A stretch of 64,000 bases of DNA from Myxococcota bacterium (GTDB lineage: Bacteria > Myxococcota_A > Polyangia > Polyangiales > Houyiibacteriaceae). Below the pieces are notes generated by a model. It was given only the letters and a program-made list of their open reading frames with translations, ran no database searches and was not told where the DNA came from. The translations under genes and the position numbers were made by a program. Positions 40,926 through 50,325 of this stretch are shown here, piece by piece. The DNA lies in NCBI GenBank assembly GCA_039030515.1, contig JBCCEA010000007.1, positions 70,920-134,919 of the forward strand. The letters run 5' to 3'. Each line of letters begins with the position of its first letter. Positions within the stretch are counted from its first letter, which is position 1.

Positions 40926-42116
40926 CTAAAGTCGGTCGCGTAATATCACGTCGCAGTAGTAGCGCAAAGCACGAATCGTGGGCTTGTGTGCATGCCGTCT
41001 CAACCAGAGAAGTAGGCGTCTCTGAGCGGCGTATCTAGTGCGCTTGCGTCGCTTCCCTCCGGCACCGCCTGCTGCACTCGCGCTACGAGCTGCACCTGAC
41101 GCATCGCCCAATCCTGACGCATCGCCCAATCCTGACGCATAACGCACCTCTGAGAGCGCTTCATCTCGAGGATGGCCCCAAAGACAGAGATCGTCGTTGT
41201 CGAGGCGTTCGAGCATCGATTCGGCGAGTCGGTACTTCTTAGGGTTGCCGCTCAGTTCCCGTGCCCATGCGGTTAGAGACTTGGTGGTGGGACGCGAGTG
41301 TTGCCCAACCGTTATCGGATCTCCTCGTCCTGAGTTGACTTGAATATGTGCTCCGTAGTTAACCGCCTCGGGTTCATGCTGGAGACCTAGAAACGAAAAA
41401 ATGCGGCCCAGTTCGTCTTCGGGTTTCTGCACGAGCTCTTCGTAGCGGACTTGCAGTAGGGGCACTGGTTTTTTGCGAAGCAGATCGGCTATCGACGGTA
41501 CGTAGCGCTCCAAGACAGGGTTGTACCGATGGGCTTGATTCCAATCGCCACCAAAGAAACTATCTGCATATGAGTTGAATATGGCGATCGGATGTCTGGT
41601 GAGCACCACGTAGCTCGCTTGCGGAAACAGTCGAGTGAGAAAGGGAAGTACGAGTGCATAAGCGGGAGTTTTGTCTAGAAAGAATCGCTTGCCGGATGCC
41701 TTTAAATCCCGTCCGTATAGTGTGCCGGCGTAGGCTCGAAGTGCATCCAGATAATCCTCCTCGCCCTGAGGAAGCTCTTTGACGAATCCTCGAATCGCCT
41801 CGGCCGCGTGAATGGAGTCGTAAGGAGCTTTTGGGATCACATCGTGGTAGCCGAGGTATGCGAGAGGGGTAATCAAATGAGGTTCAGCTCGGGTATGAAT
41901 TTGTGAATGGGAGCCAAGCATGCGCTGCAGCAAAGTGGAACCGGCGCGTGGCGGGGAGATCACAAAGACCAGCGAAGAGTCCAACGCGGGTGTCTCTTTG
42001 GGCCGAGCGGAGGTGGCGATCGAGTGCGGCACGGTCTCTTCATACGTGTCTATCGCGCGAGCCGCTAGGCCCGATCGCCCACATGCCCTCCAAGGTGGTT
42101 CTTCGAGCGAAGTCAC
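40926..42116 (-). CDS. Sulfotransferase (PAPS-dependent)
   Basis: SPPRAGSTLL, DKTP, TRHP..S, VRYEELVQKP; start uncertain. Confidence 0.9.
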   Translation of the reverse strand: MTSLEEPPWRACGRSGLAARAIDTYEETVPHSIATSARPKETPALDSSLVFVISPPRAGSTLLQRMLGSHSQIHTRAEPHLITPLAYLGYHDVIPKAPYDSIHAAEAIRGFVKELPQGEEDYLDALRAYAGTLYGRDLKASGKRFFLDKTPAYALVLPFLTRLFPQASYVVLTRHPIAIFNSYADSFFGGDWNQAHRYNPVLERYVPSIADLLRKKPVPLLQVRYEELVQKPEDELGRIFSFLGLQHEPEAVNYGAHIQVNSGRGDPITVGQHSRPTTKSLTAWARELSGNPKKYRLAESMLERLDNDDLCLWGHPRDEALSEVRYASGLGDASGLGDASGAARSASAAGGAGGKRRKRTRYAAQRRLLLWLRRHAHKPTIRALRYYCDVILRDRL

Positions 42117-42182
42117 GCACTCAGGTTGGGTTCACCTGGTGGTAGGGGTTATACTGATAACTTGGGCCATAAGGAGGAACGG

Positions 42183-43541
42183 ATGCAGCTATCGGTGGTA
42201 TCAGAAGCCCGCCCGGTAAGGGCCCCGGTCGATCGCGACACCCTCTCGCATCGCGACCTTAAGTCAGGTCCATGGTGGAGGACCATCCCCGCGTACGCGA
42301 CCATCTCCGACGAGGATTTTCTCGATCACAAATGGCAGATGAAGCACACGATCACTCGCGCAGATCGTTTGCTCGATGCGCTTTCGGGGGTGGTTTCAGA
42401 TTCTTTTGTCGAGGATGCGCGTGAGGGGTTCCGGCTGGCTCCGATGGCGGTGCGCGTGTCGCCCTACATGCTCAGTCTCATCGATTGGCAGCGACCTTAT
42501 GAAGATCCTATCCGGCGTCAGTTCATCCCAGTCGCTTCGACCCGGCTGCCCGATCATCCGAAACTGACCCTGGATTCGCTGGGAGAGCAGACTGACGCTC
42601 CCGTCCCCGGATTGACCCATCGATATCCAGACAAGGCGCTCTTTTTAGCCCTCGATACCTGTCCGGTGTACTGCCGTTTTTGCACGCGCTCTTACGCTGT
42701 AGGGCCGGACCAGGAGACGGTCGAAAAGGTGAGTCTCAAAGCGACCCGGGCCCGATGGGATAAGGTATTCGAGTACATTCGCTCTCGCCCTGAACTTGAG
42801 GATGTCGTGATCAGTGGAGGCGACGCTTGGAATCTGCGGGCAAATCATATTGAGGCCATAGGCAACGGGCTTTTGGATGTCGCGCATATCCGGCGCATGC
42901 GTTTTGCGACCAAGGGACCTGCGGTAATGCCCCAAAAGCTACTCAGCGATCACCCTTGGTTCGATGCCTTCATTCAGGTGGTCGAGCGCGGTCGAGCCTT
43001 GGGTAAAGACGTCGTGCTCCACACGCACTTCAATCACGCCAACGAGATCACCGAGATCACGCGCATGGCGATGCATCGACTCTTCGAGCGCGGCGTCAAG
43101 ATACGCAATCAGTCGGTGCTGCAGCGCGGGGTCAACGATCGCATCGAAGATCAGCAGGTGCTCGCTCGGCGACTCGCGTGGATCAACGTGCAGCCCTACT
43201 ACGTCTATCAGCACGACCTGGTTCAGGGGACCGAGGAGTTGCGAACGTCCGTGCACACCGCGGTTGAGCTTGAGAAGTATGTCCGCGGAACCTTGGCGGG
43301 CTTCAATACCCCCACCTTCGTCGTGGACGCTCCGGGGGGCGGTGGCAAGCGGGGCGTGCACAGTTTTGAGCGATACGATCGCGTGACCGGAATCAGTGTC
43401 TATACCGCGCCCTCGGTCAAGCCCGGTCGTTGCTTTCTCTACTTCGATCCGGTGGACCTGCTGCCCGAAGAAGGTCGCCTGCGATGGAGCGACCCAAAGG
43501 AGCACGATCTGATGGTGCGGGAAGCGCTGCAGTCGCTCTAG
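42183..43541 (+). CDS. KamA family radical SAM aminomutase (lysine 2,3-aminomutase-like)
   Basis: THRYPDK, CPVYCRFCTR, ISGGD, HFNH, NQSVL, DAPGGGGK (PLP Lys); AAGGAGG before ATG 42183. Confidence 0.93.
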   Translation: MQLSVVSEARPVRAPVDRDTLSHRDLKSGPWWRTIPAYATISDEDFLDHKWQMKHTITRADRLLDALSGVVSDSFVEDAREGFRLAPMAVRVSPYMLSLIDWQRPYEDPIRRQFIPVASTRLPDHPKLTLDSLGEQTDAPVPGLTHRYPDKALFLALDTCPVYCRFCTRSYAVGPDQETVEKVSLKATRARWDKVFEYIRSRPELEDVVISGGDAWNLRANHIEAIGNGLLDVAHIRRMRFATKGPAVMPQKLLSDHPWFDAFIQVVERGRALGKDVVLHTHFNHANEITEITRMAMHRLFERGVKIRNQSVLQRGVNDRIEDQQVLARRLAWINVQPYYVYQHDLVQGTEELRTSVHTAVELEKYVRGTLAGFNTPTFVVDAPGGGGKRGVHSFERYDRVTGISVYTAPSVKPGRCFLYFDPVDLLPEEGRLRWSDPKEHDLMVREALQSL

Positions 43542-43665
43542 CGCCAAGAGATTCGACCCTGCAGACCTCCTGCAGCCTGCGGCAGGGTAAGAAACGCTCT
43601 GCAATCGTACCTATCGACCGGTAGAGCTACGTTTTTCGAGTGTGGCTTTTTCAACGGTTGCGTCG

Positions 43666-44891
43666 ATGATGAACCGTGCATCCTCGGCGTACCCTCCAGT
43701 CTACCCGCGCTCTGAGCCCTCTTTCGGGATCGAGTTGGAATTCAGTCCGAACCCGAGTTCCGTGAGAGTCTCGACCGCATTCTCGAGCTAGCGAACCTCT
43801 ACTATCGATTTCTGAATCTGCTGCGGTTTCAGCCCGGATACGAGAGCACCGCCAGTCTTGAGTGCTTCGTTCGATGGGTAAATGGTGAGGTGGCGCTGCG
43901 CGGAGTGCGCCTGCCGATTCGGGTAGGAGAGCAGTGCCTGAAGGCGAAACCCTCGGCTTCGGAGGTGTTTTTCAAGCCAGAGCATACCGCGCTGATTCCG
44001 AGGATGTGGCCTCAGCTCACCTTCTCGCTGCCGCTCCAAAGGGTCTGGGAGTTTTTTTCGGCAGAGAATGAACCGCATCGCCGTCGTTTTGGGCGAAATC
44101 GCTCGCTGTTGCGAGATTCGTCTGCGGCGGTTTCCATGTTGAAGGTCGAGTCGTCAGCGGCCGCGATCGCCGAGCGGTTTACCCAGAACATCGCAAAGAA
44201 GCGTGATGGAACTCAGGTCCGTAAAGCCCAAAAGCTCCGTGGATTCTTGACGATCGTGGCGTGCTTAGGGCTCAGTTTATATCTGCACTCACGGGGACGA
44301 TTGGCCATGGGTTCGGTGCCCGCCAACCACCGTCTCAGCTATGATGTGTCGCTCAAAGATGCGATGCGATTTCTGCCCAAGAACAATCTGCCGGCTCTTC
44401 GCGTCAACGGGCTTAGCTCTTCTGACAAGTCATGGCTGGCTCGTCAGGTTTCTTGTGACCTTGACCTTCATCTTTACAACGCAGTTGAGGCGGAGGCGAA
44501 GCAGTTGGCAAGGTCTTTCGTATACCAAGCAGATCAGGAATTCATCATAGATCAAATCAGAATGACGCTCGGTGGCACTCCCAATAAATACAAAAAACTG
44601 CTGGAACGTTCTATGAACCTCGTCAACCAGTGGGATCGCCGCAGGCTTTTTCGAGGGAGCGAGGACCGCATGGAAGCTACCTTCGAATGGCGGTCCTGCA
44701 GCAACCCCCGGAGTATGGACTACGCTTACCGATCGACCCGTGGTGTGAAGTCACGTCTACTGAGCGTCCTGCCCCTGATCCGAGGCGCCTACGGGCGGCA
44801 AAATCCACAGAAGTCTCCTCACATATCGCACGGCGGCACAAGCACGACCCGATCGATCTATCTTCCGCCCGGCTACTGCGTCAGAAACTAG
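43666..44891 (+). pseudogene. Frameshifted gene, possibly amidoligase (COOH-NH2 ligase)-like
   Basis: ATG 43666 frame gives PSFGIELEF then stops at 43791; the main ORF frame is open from 43716 and contains ATFEWRS. Confidence 0.45.
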
Positions 44892-45002
44892 AACATGCCT
44901 CGGCCAAACCGAGCGCTGCGGAGCGACCCACCGGCAGTACTCGCCGCACAGAGACCGCTTCGGCCCGTCTGAAATCCCGAGGCGATCCTTCAGGCGAGAG
45001 AA

Positions 45003-45869
45003 TCAGGCTGGCGCCCAGTCTGCCCTTTGACGCGCGACGATCACCTGCGACTCGGCGTAGTTGTCCAAAGCGTCCTCATCGAAGTTGCCGTAGCGTTCCT
45101 CCAACTCGAAGCCGTTGTAGTGCAAAAGCGCCTCGAGCTCTGCCGGGAAGAACTGCCGGTGGGTGAGCGGCGCGGAGATGTGCACCGAAGGACTGTCTTC
45201 TCGCTGAAGGGAGGTGGCCACGAGCTGTATTTGGCGCACGGCGTTGTAGTCAAATCGCTCGCGATAGTGGAAGCGGTGTTTCGTCTCGGGATGGGTGACG
45301 TCTTTCGAGCGATAGATTTTGTCTGGGTTCCGGTTGAGTTCGACAAAGTCGGGCATCCGCACATCAAATGCAAAGCGGCCCGAAGAGGCCAGGTGGTGTC
45401 GCACGGTGGTCATCGCCCGTTCAAAGTCTTCACGCCGGTAGAGATGCATCAGTACGTTGAAGGGAGCGATTACCAGCGCGAACTTTTCTTCGAGCCGTAT
45501 CGATCGCAAATCGCCTTGGTGTAGCGAGAGCCGCTCCTGCACCTGCGCTGGCTTTTTGGCGATCCGTTCTTCGGCACGCTGCAGCATGGTGCGCATGCGA
45601 TCCACCCCAGCGATCCGGATGCCCTGCTCGGCGATCTTGGTGGCGATGCGTCCGGTGCCGACACCAAGCTCGAGTACCGAATCTGCCTGCACTCGCTCGA
45701 TCAGCCTCAAGTAGAAGTTGAGATCCTCTTTGCGTTTCAAATAGCGATGGTCGTAAAACGCACCATCTCGATAGGGGGCAGAGCTACCATCTTCGGCCGG
45801 AAGCTCCCGATGCTCTTCAGAGGCATCGTCGTCTGGTCTCGTTTTGTGTTCGGGGGAGTCGTCACTCAT
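45003..45869 (-). CDS. Class I SAM-dependent methyltransferase
   Basis: VLELGVGTGR, GVD, QGDLR, APFN, HLASSGRFAFD. Confidence 0.92.
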   Translation of the reverse strand: MSDDSPEHKTRPDDDASEEHRELPAEDGSSAPYRDGAFYDHRYLKRKEDLNFYLRLIERVQADSVLELGVGTGRIATKIAEQGIRIAGVDRMRTMLQRAEERIAKKPAQVQERLSLHQGDLRSIRLEEKFALVIAPFNVLMHLYRREDFERAMTTVRHHLASSGRFAFDVRMPDFVELNRNPDKIYRSKDVTHPETKHRFHYRERFDYNAVRQIQLVATSLQREDSPSVHISAPLTHRQFFPAELEALLHYNGFELEERYGNFDEDALDNYAESQVIVARQRADWAPA

Positions 45870-46432
45870 GGAGCACCTCGATCCAGATCGAATGCTGCGG
45901 GGGCGGACGTGAGGATTGTCCCGAAGACGACCTCGCTGACGAACCAGCGATCCTCCATCCGTGCCAGGTTAAACTCGGTCTCTCTCCGATACGGTTCCCC
46001 CATGAACGCTCCGCTGGCGACCCCCGAGAGCTTGAGACGGTGGGGACCTTCGGTCTCAGCGGAAGAGACCCGCAGCGTGAGCTCGTCGGCCGCCATCACG
46101 TCCCAGAGCTGTTCTTTGAGGGTGCGCTCCTCTTCGGTGAGCGCATGATCCCGCGCTCGTCTCGCTTCTACCTTGCGCCGCGCCGAACCGATAGAAAGCG
46201 CCGCGGCCCGTTCGTGCTCGCGTTTGCGCCATGCGTTGAGAAAGGCTTCGGCCGCGCCTTCGGGCGTTGTGTTGCCTGCTTGCGTCCGCATAGTTGACTC
46301 GGTCTGGTCTTGCTGAGCGCGACTTTCCGAGCTGTACCAGGTCCAGCCGGCAGCGACGACGCCCACACAGACCATCGAGCCTGACGTCAACAGAACGAAC
46401 GTTGTGGGCAGCCTATGAGGCGCTCGGCTCAT
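45866..46432 (-). CDS. Membrane-anchored hypothetical protein (NTF2-like pattern)
   Basis: One TM, TPEGAAEAFLNAW, C-terminal WFV; ATGA overlaps at both ends. Confidence 0.72.
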   Translation of the reverse strand: MSRAPHRLPTTFVLLTSGSMVCVGVVAAGWTWYSSESRAQQDQTESTMRTQAGNTTPEGAAEAFLNAWRKREHERAAALSIGSARRKVEARRARDHALTEEERTLKEQLWDVMAADELTLRVSSAETEGPHRLKLSGVASGAFMGEPYRRETEFNLARMEDRWFVSEVVFGTILTSAPAAFDLDRGAP

Positions 46433-47241
46433 GGAAGACTGCCGGCAGTCGGACACGCTAGAGCGCGGAGAATGTGGTCTGCAACCTCGGCAAATCCCGC
46501 GCCTCGATCGGCCTGGGTGATGTCGGCCGGAAGCGGGGGAATTCGTTCGAGAGGGTCTTTCACGTGACGAACTCCGACAGCAGCGGGAAAAAACTGAAAT
46601 GCCGCAGCGTCCTTTCCGCTGTCCCCGACGAAAAGCCACTGCTCTTTTGTGGCGTTCAGATCTTCATCGAGAACTTCTCGGACCGCTTCGGTTACGCCCT
46701 TTGCTTTGTCCCAGCGCGCGCCGGAAGCATGGCACTGGATCGAGGACACCACTGCGCTACCCCCTTCGTCTTCGATGATCCCTACCAGCTGATCGACGAG
46801 CTCTGGGGACACATGCGTGGTTTCGCCAGTGTCGAAGGCAAGATCACAGCGTCTCACCCGACAGTCACGAGTCAAGCGCATCGAGGGCATCATGCGCTGG
46901 ACCTGGGCTTGAATCCGCTGGAGTTGGTTCCGCTGCTTCTGCCTGGCTTCTGCTCCGAAGAGATAGCCTTCCCCCAACACCCCGCGGCGCACCCAAGACC
47001 AGCCTGCGCCGTTTTCCCCGACGGCGATGGCGACCGGCCACTGCGAAGCAAACACGTCGGTCCATCCCAGAGGACGACCCGTGACCGCGATGAGGATCAG
47101 TTTCGCCTCTGCCAGTCGTAAGAGCGCCTCGAACGCGACCTGCTCGAGCCGTCCGTTGCGCGTGAGGGTGTCATCTACATCGAACACCACGCCCCTGAGC
47201 TGACGGAGGTTCGGTCCTGAAAGTTCTGTCAGGGGCTGCAT
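46429..47241 (-). CDS. HAD-IIB family hydrolase
   Basis: FDVDDTLT, VTGRP, GENG, DK, VGDS; GGAGG before ATG 47241. Confidence 0.88.
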   Translation of the reverse strand: MQPLTELSGPNLRQLRGVVFDVDDTLTRNGRLEQVAFEALLRLAEAKLILIAVTGRPLGWTDVFASQWPVAIAVGENGAGWSWVRRGVLGEGYLFGAEARQKQRNQLQRIQAQVQRMMPSMRLTRDCRVRRCDLAFDTGETTHVSPELVDQLVGIIEDEGGSAVVSSIQCHASGARWDKAKGVTEAVREVLDEDLNATKEQWLFVGDSGKDAAAFQFFPAAVGVRHVKDPLERIPPLPADITQADRGAGFAEVADHILRALACPTAGSLP

Positions 47242-47325
47242 GAGTTCCTCCAACCTCGCTTGCGCGAGAGTCGGTAGACGGTCCGCGAAGCGGCGGCTTT
47301 GCACCGTCTACACCGATGGTGTGCT

Positions 47326-47562
47326 TTACTTTTTCTCGATCACATCTGCTTCAGCGACTTCGGCACTCGGCTCTTGCTCGTTCGTGTCGCTGACGACCCT
47401 GCGTTCTGCAGGCGTGACCTCGATGTTGTCGTCCTCTGCGAGGCCTCGCTTGAGATTACGGACGGCTTTCCCGATACTCTCACCGATCGCCGGAAGTCGG
47501 CTGGCGCCGAAAACGACCATCACGATCATGAGAGTGACGATGAGTTCGCCCATGCCGGGCAT
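47326..47562 (-). CDS. tatA: Twin-arginine translocase TatA/E
   Basis: MPGMGELIVTLMIVMVVFGASRLPAIGESIGKAVRNLKRGL. Confidence 0.93.
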   Translation of the reverse strand: MPGMGELIVTLMIVMVVFGASRLPAIGESIGKAVRNLKRGLAEDDNIEVTPAERRVVSDTNEQEPSAEVAEADVIEKK

Positions 47563-47835
47563 GCCGATTGCCGGTGTCAACACTGCAGTCTCCAAGAGGG
47601 ATGATTGACGAAAACTACGCTGACCTGCTGAAGCAGGCAAGGTTTGCAGCGCCGCTTGCGCCAATCGATGCCCCCCCCGTACAGACACATCCCGCCCTTC
47701 GACTTGTGTCCTCGACAAGTTGTGCCATCGATACCGAGTGGCAGCGAACGTTCGCAAACGCGTTCTCGCTCTACGTTTCGAGCTGACCGAGGTCTTCTCG
47801 ACCGGTTCGAGACGCGATAAAGAAAGTTGGGCCTC

Positions 47836-48576
47836 GTGGAGACGGAACCAAAGGATGCGGAGGTCGGTGAGCGGCGCCTGGTGAAGCGGTATGCCAACCG
47901 TAAACTCTACGATACTCGCGACAGTAGATACGTAACCCTCCAGCAAATCGCAGAATTTGTTCGCGACGGAGAAGACGTTTGTATCGTCGACAACAGGTCC
48001 AAAGAAGATCTCACCTCGGTGACGCTCGCTCAAATCATTTACGAGGAAGAAAAAAAGGGCGAGGCAAGCGGGAGACGAGCTCGCTCCCTTCGAGACTTCA
48101 TCCAAGAGGGTCGTGACTTCATCCAGGAAGGACGGGAGCGGATCATCACGACGCTTCGAGACAGTCCGGTGACCAAGCTGGTGGCGCGGCGAGAGGACGG
48201 TGAAGAGGCGGAAGATGTGGACGCCGAGACAGCCGAGGTCACGGGATCGACTCCAGCGGCGCCGGAAGAAAGCACGCGCCGCTGGATCATCACGTCGCCA
48301 AAAGAAGCTTTTGAGGAGCTTTCACGACTTGCCGACGACCGGCTTCGAGCGCTCCTTGGGGGGGCCGTGACCCACATCCAGCAGCTGCAGTCCGAGGTGC
48401 GCCGATTGCAGACACGAATCGACGAAGTCGAAAAGCACCTGACGATCGCCGCGCGAAGGCGGCAGCCGCCCCAAGAGGAACAACCGAACGTTTCTGAGCC
48501 ATCGACCGCGAGAGAATCCCGGCCATCTTCATCCAGCGCCGTTGCCGAAACGTGCAACTCTGACGGCGGTGTTTAG
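47836..48576 (+). CDS. PhaR-like (PHA synthesis regulator DNA-binding domain) protein
   Basis: VKRYANRKLYDTRDSRYVTLQQI..EDLTSVTLAQIIYEEE; C-terminal coiled coil. Confidence 0.88.
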   Translation: METEPKDAEVGERRLVKRYANRKLYDTRDSRYVTLQQIAEFVRDGEDVCIVDNRSKEDLTSVTLAQIIYEEEKKGEASGRRARSLRDFIQEGRDFIQEGRERIITTLRDSPVTKLVARREDGEEAEDVDAETAEVTGSTPAAPEESTRRWIITSPKEAFEELSRLADDRLRALLGGAVTHIQQLQSEVRRLQTRIDEVEKHLTIAARRRQPPQEEQPNVSEPSTARESRPSSSSAVAETCNSDGGV

Positions 48577-48693
48577 GAGCCCTTCGATGTGGAGGAGCCC
48601 TGAAACCCTCCCTCAGCGTCCCCCACACCGACCTGCATGCGCGGCGGTAAGAGAAGCTGAAATATCTAGACAGGTCCATACGTTGAACCTCTC

Positions 48694-49347
48694 GTGAAGA
48701 CGCCACGAAAACGAAATCGATCGGCGACGAGAGAGAGGTTTGAACTCGACGTCGGTCCCCATCTCAAATCTCTTTATGGCGCTGCCGTTCGCATGGCGCG
48801 CTCACCGAGCGATGCTGAAGATCTGGTTCAGGATACGGTCCTCAAAGCCTTTCGCTTTTACGACCGCTTTGAGCCCGGTACCAACATGAAGGCTTGGCTG
48901 CTGAGAATCCTCACGAATACGTTCATCAATCGTTATCGGCGGCAGATTCGAGAGCGCAATACCCTGGACGAACCTTCAGCCCAGGTGATAGGCGAAGGGG
49001 TGATGAGTCGGGCGGCAATGCGGTCGCTTTCTGAACCTACGTCTGATGCCGAGAGGGCGCTCCTTTGCGCAGAAATTCAAAAGGCACTCGATGGGCTTTC
49101 TGACGAATACCGCCTCGTTATCGAGCTCTCGGATATCCAGGGGCTTTCTTACCGAGAAACCGCCGATGCCTTAGGTTGCCCGGTGGGTACCGTGATGTCT
49201 CGCCTTCATCGCGCCCGAAAGATCATGCAGCGAGAACTTGTCGAGCAGGCGAAAGCCTTGGGAATCCTCGCCGATAAAGATTCGAACGAGGCGAAGCCGG
49301 TTTCGCTCTTGGAGTTTCGGGATCGACAACGTGAGGCTGTGGGATGA
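48694..49347 (+). CDS. ECF sigma factor
   Basis: [46 protein letters not shown]. Confidence 0.95.
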   Translation: MKTPRKRNRSATRERFELDVGPHLKSLYGAAVRMARSPSDAEDLVQDTVLKAFRFYDRFEPGTNMKAWLLRILTNTFINRYRRQIRERNTLDEPSAQVIGEGVMSRAAMRSLSEPTSDAERALLCAEIQKALDGLSDEYRLVIELSDIQGLSYRETADALGCPVGTVMSRLHRARKIMQRELVEQAKALGILADKDSNEAKPVSLLEFRDRQREAVG

Positions 49348-50156
49348 ACTGTCGTTTGGTGCAGCGCCATTTGGGACCTTATCTCGATGGGGAGCTCAGT
49401 CCGTCTACCCAGCTTGAGTTCGAAAAGCACCTTTCTCATTGTCCGGACTGTCAACAGTGCCTCGAGTTTGAGCGTTCGTTTCGGGGCTATGTTCAGGAGT
49501 CGATAGAGTCACCGGAATTGCCTCTAGGTTTTGAGGATCGAATCGCAAAGTCGCTGGATGCCGTCGAGTCAGAACATCGGGGCCAATCGTACGTTGCTCC
49601 GGGACGGGCTTTTTGGATGGGACTTGTCGCAGTGTTCGTTGTGGGTTTTGCGGTTGCGATGGACGGCCTAGGCAACGACTCCTCGATCGTGCGCCGTGCC
49701 CTTCAGAGAACGGATCGCGCCGCATTTGTTCCAATGTTTGAGGAGGTGACTCGAATTCACTCGAGTGAGTTGCCACCCGATGTGCGTAATGGTGCTGAGG
49801 TACCCGACTACTTCCGAGGCAAAGTACGGTTTCCCGTGCGCCCCGCGGTCTTCGATTCCATCCAAGCTGAATTCGTCGGCGCTCGTCTCTCGAACGTTCG
49901 CGATCACAGTGCAGCAGCCCTTTACTATTTAGTGGACGGGCGTAGGGTGACCGTTGTGGTGACGGATTCACTGCCGGTGCGGGAACATGAGGGGTTGGCT
50001 CGATTTCGCTTTGGTGACAGCCATGTGCTCTACCGTCATGTCCAGGGGTACACAGTTCCAGTCAGGAATCATCGTGGTTTGACGTATGCCTTTACCGGAG
50101 ACTTGGACGAGGGTCAGGTGCTTCGCTTAGCGGCCACTTCGCGCATTGAACGATAG
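49344..50156 (+). CDS. Zinc-binding (zf-HC2) transmembrane anti-sigma factor
   Basis: [14 protein letters not shown], single TM; ATGA overlap with the sigma gene. Confidence 0.92.
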   Translation: MNCRLVQRHLGPYLDGELSPSTQLEFEKHLSHCPDCQQCLEFERSFRGYVQESIESPELPLGFEDRIAKSLDAVESEHRGQSYVAPGRAFWMGLVAVFVVGFAVAMDGLGNDSSIVRRALQRTDRAAFVPMFEEVTRIHSSELPPDVRNGAEVPDYFRGKVRFPVRPAVFDSIQAEFVGARLSNVRDHSAAALYYLVDGRRVTVVVTDSLPVREHEGLARFRFGDSHVLYRHVQGYTVPVRNHRGLTYAFTGDLDEGQVLRLAATSRIER

Positions 50157-50272
50157 GGTTTGATAGAGCAGAGCGGTTCGTGAACACCGCTTTGTTTCTC
50201 AAGTGCTGCCTGACGGGGCAGGGCGTTTTGCTAAGTCCTTGTAACACGTCGATTTTCTCATTATCGCAAGCG

Positions 50273-50302
50273 TTGACAGTCTATCGATGCCCCATCTATC
50301 CT
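50273..50302 (+). promoter_or_regulatory. Putative sigma70 promoter
   Basis: TTGACA-18 nt-TATCCT, then GAGGAG RBS at 50311. Confidence 0.6.
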
Positions 50303-50325
50303 GGTTTTCAGAGGAGTGAGCACAC

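Noticed and set aside
33105..43541. lysS plus KamA as an EF-P modification pair (EpmA/EpmB)
   Set aside because: The synthetase is full length with an anticodon-binding domain, lies 7 kb away in the prfB operon, and no efp is present
43542..43890. Selenocysteine or readthrough at the in-frame TGA at 43713
   Set aside because: No start codon in that frame after the KamA stop; a frameshift from ATG 43666 explains the region better
47563..48105. 259 aa N-terminally extended TatA
   Set aside because: The extension is antisense to the PhaR-like gene; the TatA motif starts at 47562
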